From assembly GCF_009914755.1 (NCBI RefSeq), contig NC_060931.1: DNA of 64,000 bases, one strand, 5' to 3'. This DNA comes from the human T2T-CHM13v2.0 reference genome, Homo sapiens. Below the pieces are notes generated by a model. That model made no database searches and was not told where the DNA came from. It was given only the letters and a program-made list of their open reading frames with translations. This document shows, one piece after another, positions 1-15,089 of the stretch. Position 1 is the first letter of the stretch. Every line of letters starts with the position of its first letter. Position numbers and translations under genes: made by a program.

Positions 1-851
1 ATTCTTGCATGGGCACATGTCCAGGGGGAGATAATATGTATGACCTGGTCTATCCTGAGCACAGTGTTTTAAATCAAGAAATTGCATGTTTATTGAAGTT
101 CAGTAGACCAAACAAGACCTAAGGGTCAGGAACTCTTAAATGTTTATCCCAGTGTGGACTCAGATGTATTGGGGAATTTTAGCAAGTCACTTAACCTCTC
201 CGTGTCCCTGTGATCTTCCTATATAGTACTGATACGGCTATTTTATATGAATCTAGTACTTTCACATCTTCATGTGACAGTTTTATTGAAATTAATTTTC
301 AATAGAGAAACTTGTTGCCTTGCAGTTTTTTTTATTTCTGATTTTTAATATGTATTTTTACTTATGTTGATTTAGACCTTCCCATTTAATAGTAACCTTT
401 CAATGTGGTTACATTTCTTAAAGAGTATTTATGTTCAGTTTGAAACCACACAAATTTAAATTTTGGGAGGCTTTCTTCTTCTTTTACAAGTAATGTAAAA
501 TTGTAGTGAAGCTATTGGAAAAGAAAAGGATAGAAACATGTTAGTGCTTTGACACAGCGGGAGAGAATTTTGGAAGAGATATTCTACCAACTACAGATGG
601 AATCTTCATCATCATGTAGACTTCAGATATTCTTTTAGAAAACTTTACATTTACTTATAATCTAAACCTTACTTGTTTAAACAAGTCATGAAATGTATAG
701 CTTAATAATTGCCTTTAAGAAAATTGTTGCCCAAAACAGAAACCGTATTGAGTATGTAAAGCCAAGTTTAGTTACCAAGACCTACTGATTTCCTTTCATA
801 TATGTATGGTCACATCTCTCACCTCATCTGTCCTGTTTCTTGTTTTACTAG

Positions 852-1321
<470 letters not shown>

Positions 1322-1371
1322 TGCTAGTACTATGTCAAAGCAACAGTCCACACTTTGTCCAATGGTTTTTT

Positions 1372-1378
1372 CACTGCC
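1372..1378 (+). promoter_or_regulatory. miR-34/449 seed match (CACTGCC), proximal
   Basis: Exact 7mer-m8 match; MET is an established miR-34 target. Confidence 0.8.
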
Positions 1379-1409
1379 TGACCTTTAAAAGGCCATCGAT
1401 ATTCTTTGC

Positions 1410-1428
1410 TCTTGCCAAAATTGCACTA
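1410..1428 (+). promoter_or_regulatory. Clustered 8mer seed matches: miR-31 (TCTTGCCA 1410-1417), miR-182 (TTGCCAAA 1412-1419), miR-130/301 (TTGCACTA 1421-1428)
   Basis: Exact seed complements in AU-rich proximal UTR. Confidence 0.6.
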
Positions 1429-1819
1429 TTATAGGACTTGTATTGTTATTTAAATTACTGGATTCTAAGGAATTTCTTATCTGACAGAGCATCAGAACCA
1501 GAGGCTTGGTCCCACAGGCCACGGACCAATGGCCTGCAGCCGTGACAACACTCCTGTCATATTGGAGTCCAAAACTTGAATTCTGGGTTGAATTTTTTAA
1601 AAATCAGGTACCACTTGATTTCATATGGGAAATTGAAGCAGGAAATATTGAGGGCTTCTTGATCACAGAAAACTCAGAAGAGATAGTAATGCTCAGGACA
1701 GGAGCGGCAGCCCCAGAACAGGCCACTCATTTAGAATTCTAGTGTTTCAAAACACTTTTGTGTGTTGTATGGTCAATAACATTTTTCATTACTGATGGTG
1801 TCATTCACCCATTAGGTAA

Positions 1820-1826
1820 ACATTCC
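1820..1826 (+). promoter_or_regulatory. miR-1/206 seed match (ACATTCC)
   Basis: Exact 7mer-m8; MET is an established miR-1/206 target. Confidence 0.75.
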
Positions 1827-1834
1827 CTTTTAAA

Positions 1835-2115
1835 TGTTTGTTTGTTTTTTGAGACAGGATCTCACTCTGTTGCCAGGGCTGTAGTGCAGTGGTGTGATCA
1901 TAGCTCACTGCAACCTCCACCTCCCAGGCTCAAGCCTCCCGAATAGCTGGGACTACAGGCGCACACCACCATCCCCGGCTAATTTTTGTATTTTTTGTAG
2001 AGACGGGGTTTTGCCATGTTGCCAAGGCTGGTTTCAAACTCCTGGACTCAAGAAATCCACCCACCTCAGCCTCCCAAAGTGCTAGGATTACAGGCATGAG
2101 CCACTGCGCCCAGCC
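1835..2115 (-). mobile_element. AluJ-type element, antisense, inside the MET 3'UTR
   Basis: T-rich tail then the Alu body; J-type 'gatcatagctcac', 'ggctcaag'; TSD-like ccttttaaat/ccttataaat. Confidence 0.95.
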
Positions 2116-2134
2116 CTTATAAATTTTTGTATAG

Positions 2135-2141
2135 ACATTCC
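2135..2141 (+). promoter_or_regulatory. miR-1/206 seed match (ACATTCC), second site
   Basis: Exact 7mer-m8. Confidence 0.75.
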
Positions 2142-2881
2142 TTTGGTTGGAAGAATATTTATAGGCAATACAGTCAAAGTTTCAAAATAGCATCACACAA
2201 AACATGTTTATAAATGAACAGGATGTAATGTACATAGATGACATTAAGAAAATTTGTATGAAATAATTTAGTCATCATGAAATATTTAGTTGTCATATAA
2301 AAACCCACTGTTTGAGAATGATGCTACTCTGATCTAATGAATGTGAACATGTAGATGTTTTGTGTGTATTTTTTTAAATGAAAACTCAAAATAAGACAAG
2401 TAATTTGTTGATAAATATTTTTAAAGATAACTCAGCATGTTTGTAAAGCAGGATACATTTTACTAAAAGGTTCATTGGTTCCAATCACAGCTCATAGGTA
2501 GAGCAAAGAAAGGGTGGATGGATTGAAAAGATTAGCCTCTGTCTCGGTGGCAGGTTCCCACCTCGCAAGCAATTGGAAACAAAACTTTTGGGGAGTTTTA
2601 TTTTGCATTAGGGTGTGTTTTATGTTAAGCAAAACATACTTTAGAAACAAATGAAAAAGGCAATTGAAAATCCCAGCTATTTCACCTAGATGGAATAGCC
2701 ACCCTGAGCAGAACTTTGTGATGCTTCATTCTGTGGAATTTTGTGCTTGCTACTGTATAGTGCATGTGGTGTAGGTTACTCTAACTGGTTTTGTCGACGT
2801 AAACATTTAAAGTGTTATATTTTTTATAAAAATGTTTATTTTTAATGATATGAGAAAAATTTTGTTAGGCCACAAAAACAC

Positions 2882-2892
2882 TGCACTGTGAA
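2882..2892 (+). promoter_or_regulatory. Overlapping miR-148/152 (TGCACTG 2882-2888) and miR-27 (ACTGTGAA 2885-2892) seed matches
   Basis: Exact seed complements. miR-23 8mers (AATGTGAA) are also present at 2340-2347 and 3386-3393. Confidence 0.55.
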
Positions 2893-3485
2893 CATTTTAG
2901 AAAAGGTATGTCAGACTGGGATTAATGACAGCATGATTTTCAATGACTGTAAATTGCGATAAGGAAATGTACTGATTGCCAATACACCCCACCCTCATTA
3001 CATCATCAGGACTTGAAGCCAAGGGTTAACCCAGCAAGCTACAAAGAGGGTGTGTCACACTGAAACTCAATAGTTGAGTTTGGCTGTTGTTGCAGGAAAA
3101 TGATTATAACTAAAAGCTCTCTGATAGTGCAGAGACTTACCAGAAGACACAAGGAATTGTACTGAAGAGCTATTACAATCCAAATATTGCCGTTTCATAA
3201 ATGTAATAAGTAATACTAATTCACAGAGTATTGTAAATGGTGGATGACAAAAGAAAATCTGCTCTGTGGAAAGAAAGAACTGTCTCTACCAGGGTCAAGA
3301 GCATGAACGCATCAATAGAAAGAACTCGGGGAAACATCCCATCAACAGGACTACACACTTGTATATACATTCTTGAGAACACTGCAATGTGAAAATCACG
3401 TTTGCTATTTATAAACTTGTCCTTAGATTAATGTGTCTGGACAGATTGTGGGAGTAAGTGATTCTTCTAAGAATTAGATACTTGT

Positions 3486-3492
3486 CACTGCC
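3486..3492 (+). promoter_or_regulatory. miR-34/449 seed match (CACTGCC), distal
   Basis: Exact 7mer-m8 near the UTR end. Confidence 0.8.
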
Positions 3493-3554
3493 TATACCTG
3501 CAGCTGAACTGAATGGTACTTCGTATGTTAATAGTTGTTCTGATAAATCATGCA

Positions 3555-3565
3555 ATTAAAGTAAA
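3555..3565 (+). terminator. MET: MET polyadenylation signal ATTAAA (overlapping AGTAAA)
   Basis: ATTAAA 3555-3560, AGTAAA 3560-3565; GT-rich 'tagtggttatt' after the ~3583 cleavage site; no AATAAA found by eye in the UTR. Confidence 0.85.
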
Positions 3566-4383
3566 GTGATGCAACATCTTGTATACTGATAGTGGTTATT
3601 GCCAGTCATGCTTGATTACCTGCATTTGCATAATGATAGAGGAAGCCTAAGATGGATTTCACCTGGCTGCATAGAGCTCATCCATGTAGGAGAGCCTTAG
3701 TCAAGTGAATGCTGAGGAAGTAGTAAAACAGCATGCATCCCCGAATCTCAGGAAGTCTCTGTCTTTCCAAGGGTTTGGTCTAAGTTGCTGATTACCTGGA
3801 TTTTTCTGACGATCTTTCAACTGCTAGAGCATCTGGTTCCTGTTTTAGCATGGTGCTCTTCTCCAGCAAGGTGTGTCCTTAGACTAGAAGACACAAAAAT
3901 GGAGCAGCAGCCACACCATTGGCGCACAGATACCTAGGTGTGGGTTGGAGAGAGAGGCCTTCTTGCCCCATCAAAACTACTCTTTATCTACACAGGTGCC
4001 CACCCTTTTACCCCCAGTTACCAGAGAAATTACCTTCAGGTTATCTCCATGTATATTCTTGTAATGGTAAGGGAATTCAAAGGTGATAATTTCAGCCATC
4101 TAAGAATTGTGTGACACATTGGGGGTAATCTAATTTTAAAAGAACCCAATTTAAAATAATGCCTACAAAATACAATGGACACTGATCCTTTACTGGGAGA
4201 TAATTCAACCCCCGCTCACGGCCAAACTCTCTCCCACTCAAAAGATGCATTTCCCCAGAAAGTTCAATCCAACTCTCTCCCATAAGGAGAACAACCTGTC
4301 ATCTTTACATCTCTAGAATCCGGCACTTAGTAGATTCTCAAATAATTGCTGAACTGAAACAGCATTTTCTTATTCCCCATCAC

Positions 4384-4384
4384 T

Positions 4385-4419
<35 letters not shown>

Positions 4420-4706
4420 TTTTTGAGACAGGGTCCCACTCTGGCCCCCCCAGCTGGAGTGCAGTGGCATGATCTTGGCTCACTGCAACCTCCACCTCCT
4501 GGGTTCAAGCCATTCTCCTGCCTCAGCCTCCTGAGTAGCTGGAATTACAGGCACACGCCATCACGCCCAGCTGATTTTTGTATTTTAGTAGAGACGGGGT
4601 CTCGCCATGTTGGCCAGGCTGGTCTCAAACTCCTGGCCTCAAGTGATCCACCTGCCTCAGCCTCCCAAAGTGCTGGGATTACAGGCGTGAGCCACCACAC
4701 CCAGCC
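4384..4706 (-). mobile_element. AluS-type element with (TTTA)n tail
   Basis: Full dimeric Alu; (TTTA)n 4384-4423. Confidence 0.95.
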
Positions 4707-5069
4707 TACTTTAAACCACCATGGACAGAGTTATTGCCTATGTAGCTCCCATGATGTTTGGAGAACACTAATATGGAGAATGCAGACTTTTCTGGGGAAA
4801 GAGAAATAGAAAGATAGACCTTTAAGAAGTTTGGCTTGGTGCTACGCATTTTTAATTATCACAGGGTTTTCGCTTCACGATATAAGCATCAATTATATTT
4901 TTGCTCGCTGACCTACACAGTGGATTCCATCTTTAAAGAAATAGGGAGAAGGGATATATAACGCGTAGAAATACATCAAATGCTTGAATGCTGACATCTG
5001 GCATTGTTAATCTACCTGATTTAGTTCAGAAAATGAGTTAGCATTATATAAAAGAAATTGATTAGTATT

Positions 5070-5470
5070 TTATTTAACTCAACGAATATTTATCAAGCAC
5101 CTATATATGTCAGACACTGCTAGGTAATGGGGATATAAAAATAAACAGTCCCTCTCACCCCAAGGAATTTGATGAAACAGACAAAATTACATAATTAATG
5201 AATATTAAAAATTATTCATTTCTTAGATTTGTGAGTTGTCTTGAAGAGACACCACAGTTTAAACATACACAAAGTGCAGGCTCCTGGGCAACAGACCAAG
5301 CCCTAACTCAGATTGGGCAACATATTGGACTTCTCTAAACCTGTGTTCTCATCTGTCAAATACATTAATCATGGTTACCCCCACAAAGTTGTTTGAGGAC
5401 TTTAAAAAAAAGTGTATAAAGGCACCTGGCACACCATAGTTGTTCAATAATCATAATATCATTATTATCT
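5070..5470. mobile_element. L2 3' end fragment (-, ~5070-5180) and MIR (+, ~5320-5470)
   Basis: 'aatatttatcaagcacctatatatgtcagacactg' (L2 tail); 'ttctcatctgtcaaat...aaggcacctggcac' (MIR core). Confidence 0.6.
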
Positions 5471-5529
5471 TTAGTCTTAGACAATAAAAGCCCATGTATA
5501 GGTAGCCTTAGTTGGCTAAAGGGAAATGA

Positions 5530-6027
<498 letters not shown>

Positions 6028-7142
6028 TGACAAGACAGTGGCACTGGCAAGAGAACTCCCTCACTTCTTTCTCTACACTCCCCACTATCACTTTAATTAC
6101 TTCTCCTGTGACAGATTCCTTTTTTCTGTTTTAGCCTTTAGACCTGGAATACACAACAGACATGGAAGAGAACATTCTGTCTAAATGACAGGCATGTTGC
6201 ATGAAGGTGCAAGAATAAGAGCCATAGTCTTCAGTATTGGTGTCTAGAAATTATTATTGTTCCTCATTTTTGCTCAAATGTTAATAGATGGTTAATGATC
6301 ATTCAGGTTGAAGAAAAAGTAAACTAAGTACAGTATTGTTTTAGTTATGTGCTATGTGTTTGAAGATGAGGAATACATGACTAGACACACATAGCAAGTT
6401 ACACAGGCACACATGACTCACTGTTGTAGCACTTCAGACAGTTTCAAGACACAGAGAGGTATGCAGACGTTATGCCCCAAAGGAAGAAATGCTTATTGCT
6501 GTTTTTCTTTTTCATATTTGAGGGGTTCTTTCAGGACTATCTCAATTCCTTATCTATCAAAGAATTGGAAAGAACTTCAGTCATAAACCAATGAAATATT
6601 TCAGTTGGTGAATTGAAGGTAATAAAATGGATGCTTGCCCAAACTGTCCTTTGTTGTAAATTATTCCAGAGAACTAGATTACGTCAGCCAAAGATATTGA
6701 TCACAATGCTGAGAGGTTTATAACTACTATTAACTTACCATGTGACCCCAGGGCAGAAATCTAGGAAAATTGCAAAAGCATATCTACTGTAATGAAAAGC
6801 CCATCATTAATAGGACTTACTATCTTGTCATCCAACTAGTACTATGTTGGCTTCAAGGCAAATATTTAACAAACATTTGAAACAGAAAGCACTTCTGTCT
6901 TCTCCCTTTTATCTTCCATTGATGTTCCCGAGCTATTCTGATGAATGTGTTTTTGTTCTTATCAATAAAACATGTAGGTTAAAATAAGTGAATATATTTA
7001 TAATTATTAGCCTATATAAATTAGCATCCAAATATTGAAATAGCTCCTACTCCTTTATTATTACTATCATTATTTTAATAAGGAGTTAGCTCCTCATGTA
7101 GACCAGTTTAGAATACGGCTCAAGTCCAATTCTCCTGCGTAG

Positions 7143-7511
<369 letters not shown>

Positions 7512-9000
7512 TGAGATGAAAATGGCCATATTTAGAATGCATAAACAGACATCTCTGATTTAAATTAACTACTAATTTAACGTTATTTTTGAAGCACTGG
7601 GCCCAAATTACAATGAGAATTAATTCTTATTCCTTTCTTGAAAAGAAGCCCTTTGTCTTTGTGCATTCAATTTTTCACTGTCACATGAGTACATTCTTTT
7701 CACCGCATGAGTCCCAGGCTGGCAGAAACATCCACTAATCCTTAGACCTCTTGGCTGGAACGACAAAAATGCATAAAATCTTACCAGGCCAAAAGAGATC
7801 AACTTTAAAAATCTTTGGCATCCAAACATGTCAGAACTGTTTTTCGCTGGTTCTGCAAACCATTTGTGTTCTTCATTTATGGTCCAGGGGATCTGTAATG
7901 TCAGTTCCTACTTTTATTGGGCAGCCTGGAATTTTTAAGCACCATATTTCCTTTACCTTTCTTGGTGGTTTATAATTTTCACCGCTGTTTTTACGAGTTT
8001 TCTTCTCTATGTCTCTAAGCCTAAGTGTGGAGATGTGGTAATAGACAGCCTGCTCTTTGCCAATCAAAGCCCTTACTTTGACGTTGGCCACTTTGTTCCT
8101 GTGACATCTGCTCTTTCCATTATAGACAAACTGGGGCTTTCCTTCTGCAGAACTGTGACTAAACAACCACCATATTCATCAGTGGCAACAATTCTTGTAA
8201 ACAAGAAACGCTGAATACAAAGGCTTTGTGAAATCCTGCCCCCAAGAGGCCACATGTCTAAAGTCAGTCACGTGGTCCTCAGAAATGATTTTAGAAGTCT
8301 CAGTAAAGAAAAATTACAGAGACACTCAAATATCCTAGTGTGATACTGCTGTAAAACTTCTTCTAATTTTTTGTTAAGCTGTGAGAAAGGGCCTATGGAA
8401 ACACCTGGATGAAGCAGCAAATCACTGTCCCAAAGTCACTAAAAATCATATTTCAGAAAGGAAATATCTAGCGTTAAAACAACATAGATGCATTTTTGAA
8501 AACAAATTGAATTGAGAAAAATAATAATGATAACAATAATGATCTAATCCCAGGACATGTCACAGGAATTAATGACTGACTAAAAGCTAATGGTCTAAGG
8601 TAATGCTCTCAGGAATTAGTCTTGCTTATTGAACTGCTATTGTTTTAGTAAACGAATGCTTAAACTGACAGAAAGTAAAAAATCAGGGCTGCCATTATGG
8701 AGCCTGGTTGATTCAAAGTGGGGCAGGGGGAGAAGCTAAAGCAAAAAAAAAAAAAATGCATCATTTGATCATTTGCTGTTCTTACTCAATTTTTTAAGTT
8801 CGTTTGTCGTTCACAAATTATAGATTCTTTATCATTTTTTTCTTTCATGTATCTGTATGTACTTTTACTTTTGTACTTTAAGGATGTGTTTACTTATGCA
8901 TTGTTTTATTGACAGAGAAGTAATCTGATAATAAAAATGCAACTCCCTCTAGTGTAGGCATATCAAAGATCTAACATTCTGTTTGCCTAGAATCGTTTTA

Positions 9001-9352
<352 letters not shown>

Positions 9353-10624
9353 GAAGTGGATCTTCCATGTGGGCTTTAGAATAGTGCCTCAAAATTATAC
9401 TTCACTTAGAACTTATTACTCAACATCTTATTTCAAGAGTATTCTAACAGCTGACTTCTTGATTCTACCTTTCCGTATTGCCTCTTCCTTATAACCCCAA
9501 AACAGCTACCAAAATTATATATCTGATCACTTCACTTTCCTGCTTAAAAACCTATGCCCATTCCTAGATGTTCTCTGTGCAGATCCTTTGTTGTTTCATT
9601 TTGTTTATTTTTATTATAAAATATATTTTTGAGGAAAAAATTTTAAATTGGACAAAAAGATATAAAGTGAACAGGAAATATCCTCCGACCACTTTCTCTC
9701 CCCCTCCATCCTCACTCCCCATGGGTAGCTAATATTAATGCACTTTTTCAGAAATGTTCCACTCTGCATCAGTGGAACTGAACTAAACCAGACACTTTAG
9801 TACATCCTTCAATAACCTTTGTCTTATTGACCGAACTATGACTCGGCACACCCTTCCCCAGTCAAGAATATTGTTCTTCTACCTCTGTGACTTTGAACTC
9901 TCAACAGAAATATCCCCCTTTGGGGTATGAGCCATATAAACAGGGCTAGACCAAGCTCTGTGAACTACCCCCTCCCCCACTGACTTATAATTTGATATTG
10001 CTTCAAACCAGTATCCTTTACCTTTGTTTTGCTCAACTTTTATTTAAATGGAGAGGAGATTAAAATGATTTTCTCTTAATAAAAAATTAAAGAAAGAGAT
10101 TCACTTGTTTCTATTTGCCAAAGCAGAATAAATATATTTTTAATCAACAAAATAGTATGCTTTTCTAAAATTCTAGTTCTGTTTTTCAATGGAAATTTGC
10201 AGTGAAAGTTTCCAGATGCTTGGAAGTTATAAAGAGTTTTAAACTTAGGTAATAAAAATAAATCACCCATTTATGATAAGCAGCACTCTGTGAAAGATTA
10301 TTTCAGAATCTCAGCTGACTGACAACTTTTAGGAGACTGAACTGTACTTAAGTGTGGCAAACATGCATCATAGAGATGGGTTGTTTACTGTAGCAAGTTA
10401 CTTGCCTTCGGTCCAACTGTCCTTTTGGCAGAAGCACACCAATCTAATTTTGCCTGTTACATAAAGAGCCACATGTGGAAACCTGAGTCGCCTGACATCA
10501 TGTTACTGACTTAATCCAGTCATAATTCAGCGCCCAGAGAGCGGCTGGCAGGCCCACCCACCCCCCACTCTCACTCTCGATGTATTCATGATAGCACAGA
10601 GGTTAGCTGGACACACTTGGGAAT

Positions 10625-10810
10625 CAGATATGCTAGGTCAGACTCATTTCCACCACTTATCAGTAGTGCGATTTTGGACCAATTGCGTAACCCTCCTAAG
10701 CCTCAGTTTCTGAATCCATAAAGTAGAAATACTAACAGTGGCTTCCTCATAAGATTGTGCAAAGATTGAATGAGACAATGTGTGCAAAGCTCTCAAAGGG
10801 TGGCAGTCAT
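10625..10810 (+). mobile_element. MIR
   Basis: 'aagcctcagtttctgaatccataaagtagaaat...aagattgaatgagacaatgtgtgcaaagc' MIR core. Confidence 0.75.
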
Positions 10811-12359
10811 TATTGCCGGAGACCTTGATTTTACTTTTTAAATTTTTATTCAAGACTCTAGAATAAAATTACCTCCACAGATGTCCAAAGTTTGGCACAG
10901 TTCAGAAAAGTCTGAAGGTAAAAATCATGAAAACAGACATTGATTTTCTTCATCCTTTTTGGTAGTATCAACCTAATAGAAACTGGACCAGGGTCCTGAT
11001 CCAGTCTGACTTTACTGCCTATGTGACCTTCCACATTACTTAAAAGTTGTGCTTTTCTTGTCTATAAAAAATTAAGATTATACCTCACAGCATTGATTGT
11101 AAATATTAAATTGTGTAAGATTTTACACAAGTACAAGGTGTTATTATGGTTCATCAGAATGTAATTTTTTTACTTTGAAAATCTCCGTAGAACTCATCTG
11201 ATTCACAAAATTCCCTCTAACCAACCCCAGCACTTCATTTGCTCCCACATAATTGCTGGAGTTGTTTACACAAATCTGTACTCAGAATCAAAGAGCTCAA
11301 GGCTGGAGAAGTCAGGGAATCTGGCCCTGGGCCTCTGCTTGAACATTCTGGGTGCTGGTCGCTAGCTGACCCTTAAACAACTCCATGTCCTCTTTGGAGT
11401 TCAAAGTTTGGGGGTAAAATCACTACCCCCTCTCAAAGATAAACACAAATGGAGCTCCAAGGTGGTGTCCGGTGCTAACATGAGACATGTTGAGTGTGAA
11501 TCTCATCAGAGCAGTGTTTTTCCAACATAATAAACTGCCCTTTGTTCAAATCAGAAACTGATTTCACTCGATTTTCCCAAATCGGCCCTGCCAGGTTTCC
11601 TTGATTTAATTGTATATTTTTTGTCTGCTGACAATGGAAAGCAGAAGAAAATAGTCTCGCTAAGGAAATGAAATATTACCAAGAAAAACAGGCATTCTCA
11701 CACTGTGTGAGGTGGTTTTTTTTTTCTTCACATTCAATTTGTATAAGAAAAAAGGTCTCTACCCTTTGAAACAACAGCATTATTGCAGTGACTATTAGGT
11801 CATATCTACATGGCCCAAAAGAAAATGTTGGAAAGAAAATTAACTAGTTCATAAGGGTATGGGCAACATTATTTTTAAAAGGAAATGGTTCTTCATACAT
11901 AGAGAGAATAATAAATGGGAGCAAAAAAATGCAAGTTAGGCAATTATTTAAATAATTCCAATTTTAAAATATGTACTTAACTAAAGCATCCGTGGAGTTC
12001 AGGTAAAATCATTTAGAGGGAACGCAAATTAACCAAATCACTACTGAAATTCTTCACTTTTTAAGCTAAAATTGCTTGTTCTTGCTTTAATACCAGAGAA
12101 GACCTGAGTCCTGGTTGACTGTTAGTGAGGAGTTGTATCAAAAGAACAAAGGTTTGAAGCCAGTTAGGGCCAGGTGCCTATCTCAGCTCTGCCATCTACT
12201 CATCATTTGCCCATCAGCAAATTCAATTTTTCATTTATTTGGTTTAAAAATATTACTGAGACCCTTCTACGTGATAGGTGCTATTGCAAAGAAGGAAGAT
12301 ACAGCAGGCAATATACTAGCCAAGCCTGTTGCTCCCAAGGGGCATTTATTCCAAAGCAG

Positions 12360-12455
12360 GGAGAAAGAAAGAGAGACAAAAGGCAGGGGGAGGGAGGAAG
12401 GAGGGGAGAAAAGGGGAAAGGAAGGAAAGAGAAAAAAGAGAAAGATAAGAGATAA
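12360..12455 (+). repeat. GA-rich polypurine low-complexity tract
   Basis: ~95 bp that are almost entirely G/A. Confidence 0.8.
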
Positions 12456-12639
12456 ACAACAAAACTATCAACATTTGGTGGTATGAAGCCATGGAACCAG
12501 AATGAGACTATCTAGGGATCGGTACCAGAGAGGGCCAAGGATGCAGCCTTAGGGCACAACAGTGCCTAGAGGTCAGGGAGGTGAGATTGAAGAGGCCTTA
12601 CTTATCTCGTCATAAAATGCTAGGTTATAACCTACAAAG

Positions 12640-13136
<497 letters not shown>

Positions 13137-13639
13137 TAGCCTATTAAAGATACCCAACAAATGTTAATTTCTTCCTTTTTTTTTTTAAATCCTCTCCCTC
13201 CTCACCAACTCCCACCATGCAAATATAATTAATCTCTGGTTCTAAAAAAAAGACAACTGAGCTCCTGCATACCAAAGGAATAAAAAACTAACACTTCCTT
13301 TAGCTCAATTTAATCTAGGCCCCACTGAATGTAATAGTGAGCAAAGACCATACAATAGCAAATCATTATAGATCACAACTAGTAATCCCAAATGACAGGT
13401 CTCCTCTGTTCTGAATTTCATTTCATTGAAATTGTTCCAAAGTTTGCATCTTAAATTACACAAATTATATTCACTCCTGTCTTCTATTTTAAAAGGGGAA
13501 AATTGTGCATTCATTTACCTGTTCCCTTTAAACATCTTAACTCCTGCTTACACTTGTATGAAAGCATTGATCTTATCATAATTAGAGAAAGTTCCTAAAA
13601 ACAAAAAAAGCAATGACACACAATTAATCTACAGTGTGT

Positions 13640-13860
13640 ATATCAGAATTAGGTTCAGAAAATCCCAAAACAACTGTAGCTTACAGGAGATGAGCTTTTT
13701 CTCTTACACAAAACAGGTTGGAGGATGGGCAGTTGGGGGCTGGTGTAGAAGCTGCAGGATGTTGGCAGGGACCCAGGCTCCCATCCCTCTACTCCACTAT
13801 CCCAAGGCATGTCTTCTATCCTCAAGGTCACCTTGTGGTCCAGATGGCTTCCTGCCCTTC
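13640..13860 (-). mobile_element. MLT1J/K-like ERVL-MaLR LTR fragment
   Basis: 'cagggacccaggctcc...tcctcaaggtcacc...agatggct' resembles old MLT1 LTRs. Confidence 0.6.
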
Positions 13861-15075
13861 AGGAAGGAGGAGGGAAAGCCTGAGTCAACACACTTTACAA
13901 ACCTTCCTTATAATAGAAGGGGTTGAGGAAGGTTGTGTGGAAGATGCTTCTGAGTTGGGCCCAGATGGACAGGTAGGAAAAGGACATCCTCCATAGAGTG
14001 GATCATGTCAGCAATGAAGTCAGAAAAGTACAAGTATGGTTAAGGAACAAGAAAGATTCATCTGAATATAATAATATTTGGGAAAAATAGTAATGCGTGT
14101 ATTGAAGATGAGCCTTGGTGTACAATTGACTATAAGCCTCCCCGCATATAACAGAATGATTCTCTTATTTTCTCATGATCTGGGGAAGTAGGTTTGGAAA
14201 TTCAAGCCTGGGGTGGAGTAATAGGAAAATATAATCAGAATAAAGAGGATGAGTTTTTTGTTCTTTTGGTCTTCCAGCCCCTCAGCTCTGGCCATGCCAA
14301 CGCACCCCTTTCCGGGAGTGAGTCCACCCAGAACCCTTCGTGCCCATGGACATGCTTCAATGCTGTGCACTGGGTTATCTCTCTTGGAAGAACACAAACA
14401 CACAGGCTGGCGCACAGTAAGCACTGCAGAAATATTGTGGATGAAGAATCTAGAAACTAGGGTGCATGCTCCAGGAGTGTAGAGAGAGCCCAAATCAAGA
14501 TGCACCTTTAATATCACTCTAAGGTGTTAGGAAATGGGGAATGAGGAGAGGCTTTCAAAACAGAGGGGCAACAAAATCAGAACTATTATTTGGAATAGTA
14601 ACTCCAACAGCATGAATTGGAAGAGGAAATACCTTAAAAGATGAGTTAGGAGACTATTTCATTCACACAGGAGGGTCTAGATAACTAAAACAGAAACAAC
14701 AGTCATATTGAAGAAGACTGGCAAGAGGTCAGCATCCCATGATCGCGCTGCACTGTTGCTTTATATGATTGTGTTTGATGGCACGATTGTTTACAACCCT
14801 TGACTTTCTTCCCTGCTTTATCATTAGCATTACTTTAGAATAATGAAGCCTGTTCCATCCATTAACTCCACTAACATTTGATCTCCCCATAGGTTGAGGT
14901 TAAAAATTAATTACTCTTCCAACATATTGATTACATGACTATAAATATAAAAACAGAACTACAGAGTAACTACAGGGACCCTTTGTTTAAATAGCATGTT
15001 TGCTCTTTTTAAAGGAGGTAATTAATGGCAAAGGACTTTGGAACTGGAGGAACATGCTAGAAAAGCAACCCTTGA

Positions 15076-15089
15076 GTGCCATCTAGTGT
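15076..15089 (-). promoter_or_regulatory. Candidate CTCF motif (ACACTAGATGGCAC on - strand)
   Basis: 13/14 match to the CCASYAGRKGGCRS core, in apparently non-repeat sequence. Confidence 0.5.

Larger units (their letters stand above)
1322..3583 (+). other. MET: MET 3'UTR (~2.26 kb)
   Basis: Follows the stop codon; ends ~20 nt after ATTAAA; the end position also agrees with my recollection of the MET mRNA 3' end. Confidence 0.88.

Noticed and set aside
10528-10547. CTCF motif in cagcgcccagagagcggc
   Set aside because: Too many mismatches at core positions in either orientation.
12115-12486. 123-aa ORF with a K/E/R/G-rich tail
   Set aside because: Results from a GA-rich low-complexity tract plus MIR-like sequence.
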